The notes: generated from the sequence alone by a model not told the origin. Shown: positions 11,583 through 23,793, counted from the whole stretch's first letter. The stretch: 47,782 nt of DNA, filler included, from Sphacelaria rigidula (GCA_964200075.2; 2 parts of 2 records of this genome joined end to end with filler, not necessarily neighbours in it); one strand, 5' to 3'. Numbers and translations: made by a program.

Positions 11583-11856
11583 TGTCGTTATTAGGGTGGA
11601 GAGAACGAAGGTTCGATTTCCGATGCGTTGGGGTGTTTCCTTGTTTTATGTGATGTCCACCGTGGAAAGCGTGAGAATATGCGTAAACAAAGCAGTCGAC
11701 AGGGTTTGTTTGACGTGAGTTGACGCGGTGCGGGAGTGCTGACCCAATCCGTGAGACCAAAATGAAAGGCGTGTACCGGGGGAGAGATGGGTTAATTAAT
11801 CCCTTGAGACCGCGGACTCGTCCCGAGGACGGGGAAGGGTTCAAAGTACGACAAAA
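11583..11856 (+). repeat. Dispersed repeat family A, copy 1
   Basis: Colinear with 20100-20369: TTAGGGTGGAGAGAACGAAG..CCACCGTGGAAAGCGTGA..TTGACGTGAGTTGACGCGGTGC..CTGACCCAATCCG..AAAGTACGACAAAA. Confidence 0.9.
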
Positions 11857-11986
11857 AAAGGGGGGGGGAGGGCACAAATCGACCTTTTGACGTTTTCCGA
11901 AAGGAGGTATTACGTCACATTTAACCGACCGCTATGCCCGTTGCCAGTACAGCCACGGGCTTATTATCGCGTTCACGCCTCGTGCG

Positions 11987-14932
11987 TACGAGCGGGGCCA
12001 GCCTAAAAACGGATCTAAGCTCTCAAAGCGATATCTCAACCACACAGACGAGTTGGGCCGTGATCCAGATATCGCGGTAATCGCCTAATCAAGGGGAAGG
12101 TGCCCATCTGCTCAAAAATCTGGGCCAATTTTTCCCGTTGATTAAACCCCATGTCTAGTAATTCCTATTCCGTACGGCGATAGCTTCCACACTAAAATCT
12201 ATATGAAACCCCGAACGATTCATTCAGAGGATGATGACGATTTCTCTTGTAGACCTTTCCTGGAGCACGGGTAAACCATGGATACCGTCACCTGCACCTA
12301 ATTTCTACTTCATCTCGAGATGTGGCCCACATAAGGTTTTATACTAAAATCAATATATTACGAGCAGAGGCACTAGATGCCCTGAATCTGGATATCGCGT
12401 CTCAGTTCTTGAGAGTTGTGCTGAGAAATTTGGTGTGGAGAACCGCTAGTGCATATAATGAAATTGAACAAACAGCTTTTCACTTTTTCTCGGGTTTTTT
12501 CATTTTTTTTCGTGTTTTTAGAGGAGTTTTAAGGAGAAATGAACATTGTTCTTGAGCCTTATTTCAATTTGAAACTTAGCATGGAGAACGACGGAGGTAT
12601 GCCGAATAAAAAAATATATATGGGCCTTCATCTTTTTAAGGGATTTACACGTTACACGTGACGTTTTCACGTGCAAATTCGAAAAAGCGTAACTTTGGTT
12701 CATTTAACGCTTCGTAAGGTTTGATGTTTTGGATGAGACAAATGTAACGTAACGTGATATAACGTGAGGCCCTTCGCATGAACCCTGACATGACGTTTTA
12801 CTTTCCAAATGTGACGAAAACTCTGCTTGTTTTCGTGAATATGTAACGTGTCACGTGTCACGTAAAAAATTCACAAAAAACAGTTTTTCTTCACATCTGG
12901 AAAATACCAAGAGACACTGCTTCAAGATCAACACTTTACATCACGTTACGTTGCACTTGTCCCGTCCAAAAAAACAAGGTTGTCTTTTGTAGGGTATACC
13001 CGGAAGTGGGTGATTTTTAGTTGACATACCAAACTATCGCGGAGTGTGTAACGCACATTCAAGTATGACTCGGAAGGGTATCGAGCCCTGTTCCGAACAC
13101 TCTGGTGAGGTTCTCAAGGGCATTTTCTGATACAATACATCCCGGAGACTTCTGTAAATACCTGAATTTTGAGCAGGTATACCCTACAGAACAAAATCTT
13201 GCAGAAAACCAAACTCTACGTACAGTGTTGCGCCAAAAGAAAAAAAAAAAAATCCTCAGCCGATTCCCGCATACAACAGTCATTGTACAAGTTATCAGCT
13301 GGGATCACCCGCAAAGTAGGGGTAGTTCACACGAGCAAGGTGCCCCAGAGGGACGACCTATAGCCCAACACACGGCATATCTGAAAAGGTATGTTTAAGG
13401 CTGGATCGTCGGCACAAGTTGCAGGCCGAGAACGTGACGATATCCCGCGTTCGGTGGTGTGCATGGTGTTGCTCGGTGCGGGTGCCTTGCGGGCCCCATT
13501 GTACGACGATAGGTGGCGACCACGCTTAGTGTTCCAGCGCACCACCGCGCCCAGAGCGTAGTATATGGAGTGTACAATGCGCTCGAAAAAGAAGCATCTC
13601 ATTCGCTTTCGGCGCACTGGAGAACGGCACAATTGTTTGCATGCATGTCTGGCGGCGCAGCTGATGGATCTGAAATTTGAAAACTCCGCCATGACCACTA
13701 CATAAAGTGTAGTTTAATACGCTGATTCAATGTACGGTCTACAGACAGTATACCCGTACCGTGAAACTACACAACCGCATATGATATGCGGCGTAATCAT
13801 GACGTCACCGCGTCTCACTGCTCATCTTCATTTGAGTGCTTTCCTACGGTAAAACCACCATTTTTCAGTGCAACTTGGATTGTGGATTTCTCGCCTGCGA
13901 TTGCGTGTTCCATCGTGAAATTTTGCACACTAGTTGGGCACAATACAGGCAGCATATGTCCAAAGCATCCGCGCGATTGGGCCCGGGAACACCGTACAAC
14001 ATGGTCCCAACCGATTGTGGAGAATGCCGTCCGTGCGCTCTCAAATCGGCCATGCTGCTGCCCGGACTTTGCGCACTATAGGTGAATGCATATGTGCACG
14101 CACAGATGCACAAAGTTGGACGTTTAGCGCGGCTGGGCGGTCGATGTGGCAGAAAACTGACGCCGGTCTGTACTGCGACCCTCTCTGGATCATGAACATA
14201 TGTAGTGTACCGATCGGCATACGGTCTGTAGAGCTGCGCAGTTCACGACGTACGGCCCTGCGCGCGATGTAGCCGTCGCGAGGCGCTGAAACTTTGCACA
14301 TATGTTGTGCGAACCACAGTCAATAGTTCCACGTCGCTATATCTGGTACTGTGCGCTGCAGGAGTGCGCACTACAGGAAAGAGTGGTCAATTTCTGTTCC
14401 GAGAAAATTGTTTTTTTTTTTCTTTTGGCGTAACACTGCGTAGCATTAAGTGGCCCAAAGTTGGGTTTTTTTTCCGTTTTTTTCAAATGTGTCACGTGTG
14501 TAACGTACATATCGCTGATTTTTTTTCTTGGGAATGGTTCGGTCGTTGTCGTAACAAAATGGTCATTACCGTACTAATGGTTTAAACCAGCGAAAAAATA
14601 AATCAAAACCAACCTGATCCATTTTTCTTGGTTCATCATGACCTAGCGAGGTCCATCACAAAGTTTCAAAACACAAACACCAAAAGTGGGTCGGTAAACG
14701 GCCCGCATAATACTGTCCAAGTTTTTTTTTTCATGAGTTAAGGGCAGAGATCAATTTCAAGGTTTTAGTAAAATGTCCTAAAATCACCAGAAACAAAATT
14801 GGGACCCGGCACAAGAAAAAAAATCATGCCCTGTTGAGTGTCCATACCAATTTTTACTGTCCAACTCTAAGTAGAAAATTTGCGAATTCGCCTGCAAACT
14901 ACAAATCCGCTTCTGGGCTGGCCCAGCTCGTA
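11987..14932. mobile_element. Tc1/mariner-like DNA transposon, apparently non-autonomous (about 2.94 kb)
   Basis: Left end TACGAGCGGGGCCAGCCTAAAAACGGAT (11987-12014) matches the reverse complement of 14905-14932, TACGAGCTGGGCCAGCCCAGAAGCGGAT, at 24/28 positions. TA on both outer sides is consistent with a TA target-site duplication. No recognisable transposase ORF inside. Confidence 0.7.
12727..12971. repeat. Internal ~40-bp imperfect inverted repeat rich in AACGT/CACGT motifs
   Basis: 12727-12766 (TTTTGGATGAGACAAATGTAACGTAACGTGATATAACGTG) is an imperfect match to the reverse complement of 12932-12971. Confidence 0.7.
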
Positions 14933-15149
14933 GGATATTGAGGACCGTTGCCAAGAGACTGTACGTGTGCGCATATACAGGAAGCCGTTGATCAGTCTGC
15001 AGCGTAGCGTGGAACAACGGATGAAAACCGTACAGTACAGTGCAGTATAGTACTGCTTGTGGCTGATTGCATGACGTATGGCTGCCTAACTTCTGAAAAT
15101 CTCTCTTCGGACTGCATGACCACAGGTTGTGTTCACAAAATTAAACCTT

Positions 15150-15960
15150 TTGGTCCTGGCAATGGGAAGATGCTGACTTCGAGGTGCTGTTTTTTTAGCA
15201 ACAAATGGTCGATTGTTTTACAGCTTCCACGCAGCACTTTTGTGCCCAAGGCGTGTTTTTCAGACCCGCTCCAATTGGCGGTAGATCGCGTCAATATCGC
15301 GCCTCAATCCTTCCACGTATGGTGAGGGGATTTCTGTGTGCTCAGCCATACTAATTGGTTTCTGTGACGTAGCTTAGCACGCTGGTCAAGTGTTATGCGG
15401 GTACGAGCTCCGGGCTCCAGCACAACAATATCCCGGTAGGGTGCGTCACCGTTATCAAAGTGTGCCCCAGTGCCACACGGGACTGCATGTACAGAAAATA
15501 TACAGGAGGTGCTGATTTTTGCTGTATGAATTCAGAGGCCGCGGTGCTGATTTTTGCTGTATGCACAAAGTTGAACACACTTGACCCGTTGCGTCCCATC
15601 ATTGGATAAAACTAATCCAACCGCACCCCGGCGACATTTTTGGTGCCAGCATCATCTATGTCGGGTTCTTCTGCGGCCGTAAAAATAGTCGTTGTCGGTA
15701 TTCTTCATTTCCCGTATTATCTTCTTTCTCAGCGCTTGAAAGAATGAGGCGTCTGGACCGGGGACGGGAGGGGAGAGTTCCCAAACGGTTAAAGACCTTG
15801 CCAAAAGCATGAAAGCCACACAACTGCCCAGAAAAGGCGCGTGGCAGCACCGCACTGAGAGGCACAACCTTTGACTGCCTTCGACGCGGCAATAGCAGTG
15901 TTCAAAAAGTTTACGCATAAGGCATGCCATGTTTCCAAGACGACCGTCATGATCAACAAG
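15150..15960 (-). pseudogene. Frameshifted exon relics resembling a PHD finger followed by a bromodomain
   Basis: Hand translation across frames gives EHCYCRVEG..CC..F.GSCV.F....VW (degenerate PHD-like). It then gives FQALRKKIIREMKNTDNDYF / APYRDIVVLEPG..RITL / HTWKD-LRRDIDAI..ANW (bromodomain-like helices). Several 1-nt shifts are needed and the resemblance was judged by eye. Confidence 0.35.
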
Positions 15961-16173
15961 AGCAGACCAACTCAAACAACTGCAACAAAAACAACAGGAA
16001 TAACTCCTATCCCATGTTCTGTACAAGCACGCGGTTCTCCCCCGCATAATATAGCCGGCGCTGTGGCAAAAAATGTTCTGACCCCATGTGTCAAGCTGTC
16101 GATCTGGGAGACATCTGCGGCATTTGGCACTCAAAAAGGCTTCATATCAATCAACATCGTTAAAAAATCTCAC

Positions 16174-16607
16174 CTTTTTCCCCGAGACAGAAGCGCCCTC
16201 GGCGAATGCCGCCGCAACCTTTGGCTTCGCGGCCGCGTTTTTCTTCAACAGAATTTTCCCGACCCCCCCGAGCTTAGACTTCTTGCCAACCGTATCCTTA
16301 CCACTAGCAATCGCCTTCTGCTCCTCGGGAGAAAATAGGTACGACTTTTTGCCGGCTCCCGCTGCCTTTACCGCAGATGGCGTAGATTTTGTGGCAGTGT
16401 AGGCGTAAGGCGCTGACTTGGCTTTACCGCTCGACTTTGCCCTGCCCAGCGGAATCAAATCCTGGCCTGCCGGCGAAGGATCGCCTGTCCCGTTCCCGCC
16501 GACAGTTGAAATCGGCGCACTTGGAACACGCACCAATGGTGACGGTGGCAACGGTGACGGTGGCAACGGAGGCGGCGGTTGCTCCGGTGGCGGAGGTTGT
16601 GTCAGCG

Positions 16608-16638
<31 letters not shown>

Positions 16639-17868
16639 CGGCGGTGGTGGCGATGGCGGCGGGGGTGGTGCCCTAGCAAGCGGCGATGGCCTCGGCGATG
16701 GCGATTGCAACGGCATCATCGCTGCGGGAGAGAACGGTTCAGAGCCCAGCACTCGTGACACAGCCGGCAGCGGAAAGGCATGCGTAGGATCGTCAAGCGA
16801 TGTTGGCGACGTCAGCGGAAGGATCACGGGGTGGTCTGAGGGGAGCGGCGGAGGCGGGGGTGGCGGCGGCGGGGGAGGTGGCGGCACCTTCCCGGTGAGT
16901 CCGTCTCCTGGGTTCTCTGAGAGCGACTGCTTGGCCTCCCCTGCTCTTGAACGGCGTGGCGGAGTTGGCGGCCTTTTCGTGTGGGAGGACAACGGTGGCG
17001 GAGGCGGCGGTAGCGTCACGCTTGTAACCACAGAAGATGTGGCCGCGATATTCTTCGATAGCGTCGGTGTAGCGTGGTTTGCATTGCCCTGAGGGTTTAT
17101 TAGCAGAGGCGGAGGAGATACTACCTTCGTTCCCACCCCAGGTGAGCGTGGCGGGCTCCCGGGAGGGGGCGGTGGAGGTTGCTTCTTCTGCGTAAGATGC
17201 TTTCCCCCTTTGCCCCCATTGATTGGTAGGCCGCTCTTGTCTGTCTCCTTAGTAGCAACGTCCATATCGCTGTCCCAATCAGGGGTGCTCCCGCTGTTTG
17301 TTTCCGCGTTTTCTCTGTTTCCCACTTCCATCCCCCCTACATTATGATCTTGCGATGACTCGACCGACGCATTTTCTACGGCTCCACTCTGCCTGTTTGC
17401 GGCCGAAGCAGCCGCAGCAGCCGCTACAATGCCCGCCACACTTTCTTTCTGTTTTTCCGCCATCAACGACTGCAGTCTAGCCACAGTGGCGATCCCTTCC
17501 GCTTCGGCATCGCGGACACTAATGCTCGCTGAGGGCACACCGCCCGTAGACCCCGCGGCACCAGGGGCTGTTTTACGCTTTGTTGCCAGGGGAATGGGAG
17601 CGTTTGCACCGGTGCGAGGTGTGCGTTCCTGTTCTGATTCAGTTTCATCGTCGCCGGACCCTGAAAATCCTGGAATATCGTCTTGACCCGTCGCCACGCC
17701 TCCACCGTTGTTCGTAGGAGAAGCCTTAGTAGAGGCATACGAGGAGAGAGACAGTGCCCCAGGCGAAGCTGCCATCTGGGTCTGGACACTGGGCGGCCTT
17801 TGGTGAATCAGCTGTCCAAGCAAGTCGTTTTGCACCAGTATAGGAGCAGGAGTAAGAGCGGGCCCAAC
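16174..17868 (-). CDS. Exon 2 of the PHD protein: Pro-rich low-complexity region
   Basis: Acceptor ccacctttAG|GTT at 17868 is in frame with ORF 16147-17835. Donor AAG|GTGAGA at 16174/16173. Exon is 1695 nt, phase 0-0, with poly-Pro runs. Confidence 0.8.
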
Positions 17869-18130
17869 CTAAAGGTGGAATCGAGCCGGCACAGAGTCGC
17901 AGCACAGGGAGGATCGGGGGATAGGCGACAAACGATTTCAAAGGACATACATGCGACCGACGCAGTGCGCAGTGTTCTCTGGCCACAGCAAAATAAAAAC
18001 GATTACACCCCACCTAGGTGCGAGAATGATCTTGTCACCACAACAGCTACGCGCGGCTACTTCATGAAGCGCACCGCTGAAGCGCACAGCACAGTGAAAA
18101 TATTGTGCGATGACAATGAGTATGCCTTAC

Positions 18131-19261
18131 CGCCCCCCTGATGATCGGAGGAGCCCTGGCCGTTGCGGCCTCAGCTGCTGCGTCCACCGCCGTCCCACGA
18201 GAGCCCGAATCCTCTCCGTTTCCCACGGTGGCCGCTGCAACTCCCGGTCCCTCCTCATCCCTTCCATCCTTGGCACCAGTCTCTTCTCCAGGTGGCGCCT
18301 GACAATTGCGGCAGAGCCATTCCTTTGGCGTCTCCGCACCCTTCACATTCACGCAATTGGCATGCGATGGAGTCTCGCATTTGCTGCATCTTATCGTGCG
18401 TTTGCGACCCTTATCTTTGCCGCAGACCGGACATAGCTCCCGCTTCTCTCCTCCGCCGCCAATGCTGCCACCAGTGTCAGCGCCGCTGGCCATACCCATC
18501 TTCATCGGTGAGCTCGTCACAGCCGGCGAGGTCGGAAGTGCACCTACACGTGGCGGGGAGCACTGCGGAATCACCTCGTCCCCTCCTTCGACAGATAATC
18601 CCACACTATGCGCTATCGAGCCCGCCATGCCCACGACATCGACCACAATTTCGCCAGATCCGGACTCGGACGCACCCGCTTCCGCCTCCAACCCTGTCCC
18701 CGCTGCTTCGTCCTGGGCAATCATGCAAGTCTTGCACTTCCAAAACTTGGGAGGAAGCTTGTAATTGTGCTCGTAAAATCCCATGCACGACCAGTGGAAG
18801 GACTCGTCGCAACCGTCGCATTTGACTCTCCGCGACAATTTCGGCGTTGTGCAAGCTTTGCACGTCGACGGTATGCCAGGAGCTTGCTCGTTGTCCGCCA
18901 CCGAACGTGCCGGCCTCTTGTCCCCTACCCCCCGCTGAGACCTATCACTTGGTGCCCCATTTCCCATGGATGGAGAAGATATGCCGACGTCTCCCGCCGC
19001 GGCCGAGGCTAGAGGCAATGGATTCTTCCTTCTACCATTGTTCTCGCCAGAAACGTCTTCGCCTGTGCTGAAACCCGGGAGGGTTGGAATCGAACGAGGG
19101 TGAAGCGGGTTATCTCCGTCTGTTCGTGGCCCGCCGTTGGTATTGACCTCATCTGCTCTGGCCACCTTCCCTTCCCGGCTGTTTATGTCACGGTTGTCAC
19201 TATTAGGGGCATCTTGGTTGTCCCAGCTGCTTCCCTTCCCGGAAGCGATCATTGTTGCCAT
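18131..19261 (-). CDS. Exon 1 of a giant PHD-finger chromatin-associated protein; contains two PHD fingers (about 18725-18862 and 18302-18433)
   Basis: ATG at 19261. Two C4HC3 motifs with the conserved Trp: CKAC..KCDGCDESFHWSC..WKCKTC and CPVC..RCSKCETPSHANC..WLCRNC. Donor GCG|GTAAGG at 18131/18130; exon is 1131 nt, phase 0. Confidence 0.85.
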
Positions 19262-19306
19262 TTTTATAAACTGGGTGCAATCGCCTCGGCGCGCTTCTTG
19301 ATGAAG

Positions 19307-19673
19307 TGTACGTCAGGCCGGTTACTTCGTGTAGCTGGTATCTGCCGGGACATCCGATCGGGACAAAATAGTATTGCGAAAACGTATTTATTGAGATCGA
19401 GTATGCTTTGTGTTCACATACATCAATGAGGTATACTATAAGGAGGGGGCTGTCGCACCAGCGGAGACGGTCATCACAGAATACTGTGTACAGTGTACGC
19501 AAGGTCCATTGCTGGTACCTGCCGGGATATCCGGTCGGGACAAGAGGGTATTGGAAATACGTTCTTCTTGAGTAGCGTGAATTCGATTACACTTGGCATT
19601 TTACACACCAATGAGGTAAGCTGCAGGGGATTGTCGCATCAGCGGAGACTGTCACCGCATTGTACTGTGTACA
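19307..19673. repeat. Diverged ~185-bp tandem duplication just upstream of the PHD gene ATG
   Basis: GCTGGTA(T/C)CTGCCGGGA(C/T)ATCCG(A/G)TCGGGACAA ... CAATGAGGTA ... TGTCGCA(C/T)CAGCGGAGAC ... TACTGTGTACA occurs twice (about 19307-19492 and 19493-19673). Confidence 0.85.
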
Positions 19674-20032
19674 AACATCATTTTTCCAGGATACCGTTTC
19701 TTTTTCCCATCTTCTGTCCTCTCTTATCTTCTAGTAGTTCACTCCATTTCCTCCTGCTTTTTCCTTCATATTCCTCGTCGACTGATTCTCCTTTGGTGGG
19801 TGTTTCCGTCTCTTCACCTTCGGTACGGGTACCGTATGGCTCTCGACCACGGCTGGATTTCGCAGCGGATCACCGGGCGGTGTGATGGTCCGACTGTCAT
19901 CACTAGGGGGGGGGGGGGGGAACTGTTTTTTTGCTTTCCTCTGTCGTTTTACACGATTGCCCGCCTTCTGCGGTGGGGCAGGGCCCGGGCGCAAGCCCAA
20001 ACTGCAGTTTCAAAGGCGGGGGGGCGGTGATT

Positions 20033-20369
20033 GTACTCATTTGTTGCTTGCCTTCGTCGTTTGACCATATTGACCACACATCCCTTTCGAGACGGAGCAT
20101 GTCATCATTAGGGTGGAGAGAACGAAGACTCGATTCCCGATGCGTTGGGTTTTTTCTTCGTAATATCTGAGTTCCACCGTGGAAAGCGTGAAAACGTGAG
20201 TGAACAAATGAGTCGACTGGGTTTGGTTGACGTGAGTTGACGCGGTGCAGGAGTACTGACCCAATCCGCGAGACAAAAATGCAAGGCATCCACCGGGGGA
20301 GAGATGGGCTGATCCCTTGATACCATAGACTCAGCCCGAGGAAGGAGAGGGGTTGAAAGTACGACAAAA
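20033..20369 (+). repeat. Dispersed repeat: family B head fused to family A body
   Basis: Head GTACTCATTT..TGCTTGCCTTCGTCGTTTGACCA..CATCCCTTTCGAGACGGAGCA is shared with 45693-45765 (+) and 37230-37300 (-). The body is shared with 11583-11856. Confidence 0.88.
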
Positions 20370-20471
20370 GAAAAAGAAAAAACACTCCATGTGCGACAAC
20401 CAACCCGGTGCGGTTGCGGCAGTAGTGCTCACCCCTTGGTCGATTAGAACCTTCCCAGAATTTATTCCTCG

Positions 20472-20660
20472 ATTTGAGTGTGAACACCGATATTCGGATC
20501 TTGAGCGGGGCTGACAGCCCCAACTGCCCCTCGGGTGCGCAAAACGCGTTCTCGCCAAAATCGGCGAGGTTTACCAGCACCACACTTTGCCCAGGGAACG
20601 CTTCCCAACCCCCTCGCCCGAGGTTCTCGGTATGCCTTGGGTTGGGGTTAGGCTTAGGGT
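20472..20660 (+). repeat. Dispersed repeat family D
   Basis: TTTGAGT..CACCG..ATTCGGATCTT.AG.GGGGCTGAC..CCCAACCCC..CTTGGGTTG.GGT.AGG.TTAG is shared with about 35904-36065 (+) and partly with about 32975-33135 (-). Confidence 0.7.
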
Positions 20661-20788
20661 CAGCACATATGTTTCCGAGAAATTTCTTCATCAATCAAGT
20701 GGTGAACCCACCTCAGTTTTGGTGACATGCAAAGCCGTGTTGTTGCAAGATCTCGGTGAGATCTATCAACACGGGTACTCGTAGGCAG

Positions 20789-22800
20789 GTGGCGACGAAG
20801 ACAGGATATCTATGGACACAAGTGGGCTGGTGGCGACAAAAGCAGGATCTTCGTTCAACAACAAATTTGAAACGATGGTATCCACCCCGCGATCCCTCCC
20901 GGCTAGGCACCTGAATGGACAGTCACACATTACCGTTGCCTATCGTACAAGCACAGGCGCCGAATGGTACCGACCAGTGTTGGCCCATGCAGCATGTTGC
21001 ACAGCAGCAAATTACGCCTACTGAGGGATGAGAAGGGACGGGGTTGATCGTCAGTCGTCTAGAATCAAGCGTGGATGGAGTAAATGCGTGGCTCACACCC
21101 ATGCAGGTATCAAAGATCCGTACAAAAAAAACGCTGCGAACGGTGGCGACGATGCTAGGCCGTTTCGGAACATCTCCGCCGTTGGCGTTTCTCGCGCGAT
21201 TTGTGGAGTCCTTTGGACCCTATGTCTTTCATGTGTGAGCCACGGTCGGGTGCGAGCATATTGTAAAGCTGAACTTCACGGCGGGCGCCGATAGGTACAG
21301 CGGCAATGATTTATGGCTTGACTGCCAGTTACACTGATACAGAGGATCAGCCGTGCGCTACTACATTTCAATGGACATGTAGGCGCACCCGAGATGGATG
21401 ATATTGGCAATACGTGGGGGCACGGCGCAGTGGGCAGATTGTCTCGCCCGACGAATCGCGAGATTGAGCGGCCAACACTTGCGTGGAGAACATGTGCAAG
21501 GTAGAAGCTCCATCCGAGGTACAGCGCAGGGAAAGCTCTTCATCTCGGGTGCTTATTTCCAGGAAAGAATCCCCAGGAGAGCATCCCGAGATCTGAAGCA
21601 CCTTGATTAACAAGATCGAGTCAATACCGCCTTGCATATCGCCTTGCGCGATCTTTTATAATCAGGTGGGGATCTGCAATCGGCCGGGGATCTACTATCG
21701 GCTGGGGATGTGCAAAGGACGAGGCTGCACCACCATATTGCCGTGGAGAGGCGGTCTGGGCCCAATACCACGGCCAGATAGGAAACAACAAACAACAGAA
21801 AAGACGGTATTCATTGCAGTAAACTGAAGTACTGTCAAGTCAGTGTAGAGACAAAAAACAGTACACCCACCATGTGGATCGGCTCCAATGCATTTTGTGG
21901 ACATACACGAGGCCGAAGCACTACAGCAGCGTACGCATAGGAAATACGTAATGCTCATGGAAAAAAGAGGTACTTTACAACAACTACAACAACTGACCTA
22001 CAAAAGAGCGCAGGTTACGGGGTCACAGACGAGCATCGCAAAGCTTAGCGCTGCCGAAATTCACTTCGCTTCCTGTACCTTGCACGTCGAATCTGTCACA
22101 TGAGACAGCTTGTTTCCCCTCCTCTCGATTTAGAAGAGGGGCAAAGCTTCCACACGCTGCATTTCCATGTTGCGCCGGGGACTTCCCAATGAGGAGTGGA
22201 TTTATATTTCTCACCTGGTTTTTTTCAATGTTTGTTGGCTAGATATAGTTGGAATCTTGAGCCACGTTCAGCAAGGAAAGCCCCGGTCCAGATCCATCGC
22301 AACGACCTGTGTGTGCCGCAGTTGTACGGTTGCCCTTGGCGTTATTGGACGTACGTAAATATGGCAACGTATACGGTGTATAACATCCCCTGGTGACCAG
22401 TCATTCCAGTCAAATTTCTCCAGAAGATAAACTAATGCTGTACTTTACTCTACATAACACCATCTCACAAATAATAAAACATTTACTATTTCTAGAAGCA
22501 CGCATGTTCTGCAATATCGAGCCGAAGCCTTCATGAAAATGCACATCAAAGCTCTTATCACCTCGGGTGTTATACAACGCCACCAGCGAGGGCGTGCGGC
22601 GCTGGCTCTCTGGGTCGCAGTGTGCATTTCAGACGGGAGACGTACTGTCAGCTGTACTGTTGCTGACTTTACATCTTGCTGTGCTCATGGTTAGACCCGC
22701 AGCAGGCTTGGGTCCAGCTCCTGCCGTGCTAGCAGTGGTCTGCACGGCCATGGTGTCAACGATCATCTTCGTACATCATAATCAGGAGAGCGAGAAGGAG
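20789..22800 (+). pseudogene. Possible decayed multi-exon gene of unknown function
   Basis: After gcAG at 20788, one frame runs 20791-21294 with a single internal TGA. A second exon-like block (about 22497-22800) has one TGA, two hydrophobic segments and a perfect GAG|GTGAGT donor. Confidence 0.3.
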
Positions 22801-23793
22801 GTGAGTCACGGACAGGCTTCGCGATTTGATAAAGGCTGATGAGATGGGAAGGCAGTGATCTGAACTACAGTAGTTAATACTGTCGTTCAAACTGGAACTG
22901 GAGTCACACTGGAGCTGGTGACAAAGGCGCCAGTTGTCCAGTTCATTTAAAGGTTGCCGGTACCGGGTATATCTTATACCAATGTTGGTGTAGAGCAATT
23001 CCACGCTATTGCAGACCATGTTTTGGAGATGTTCGACTTCCAACACATGAGGGAACTCACCAAGAGCCCAATTATTAGCGTAACAGGCATAATAGTAATA
23101 AGCAACATCAGTGAAGTCGGATTCGGGCGGGGGGTGCATGGTAGTGCAGGGGACAAGAATATAGCTACATAGCTACCCTCAGGAGTGCATTCTACCGTGA
23201 CTTCAGGGGTATCATATCCCTTATTTTGGCCTATACCCTGCGAATGGCAATGCGTATGGGTGAAATAATAGTTTTTAGGGATAACCGAAATATGAAATGA
23301 ACGAAAAATGATAAATATTTCCTTATCCGGAGATTTTATGTACGCATCCCCCAAGATCTCTACCGTTTTGGCCTGTCACACACGAATGGCGATGCGCCTA
23401 AACACGCGAACTTTCTATAGAACGTGTAGACAATAAAATGTCTATCCTCATCCCCCCCATTTTCTCCCACCCGGGGATAAAATCGCTCCATCCCCTCTCT
23501 AGACACGATGGGGGGTGTTATTCACCGTTTCCTCTAGTTATGTAGGCATTCACAGACGAATGGCAATGCCCCTGAACACGCGGGGGGCGTCGTTAAAACG
23601 TATCCACCACGTACTACAACTTCTTTATGTCCTGTCAGAGACTGCTAAATGCGAATGGTGAAACCTCTGAACACGCCAGTGGTGACTAGAACGTATGCAT
23701 CTTACTTGCTGATTCGAGACCCCCCCTCTCCCCCTCCTGGATAAGAAGATGAACCTTTCTCCTCCCGAACACCTTCCCGGGGAGGGGGGGGGG

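Noticed and set aside
16418-17092. Gly-rich plus-strand ORF
   Set aside because: It is the reverse complement of the poly-Pro exon.
16174-17200. Poly-Pro as a formin FH1 domain or extensin
   Set aside because: No FH2 domain or signal peptide; the exon is spliced in frame to nuclear PHD fingers.
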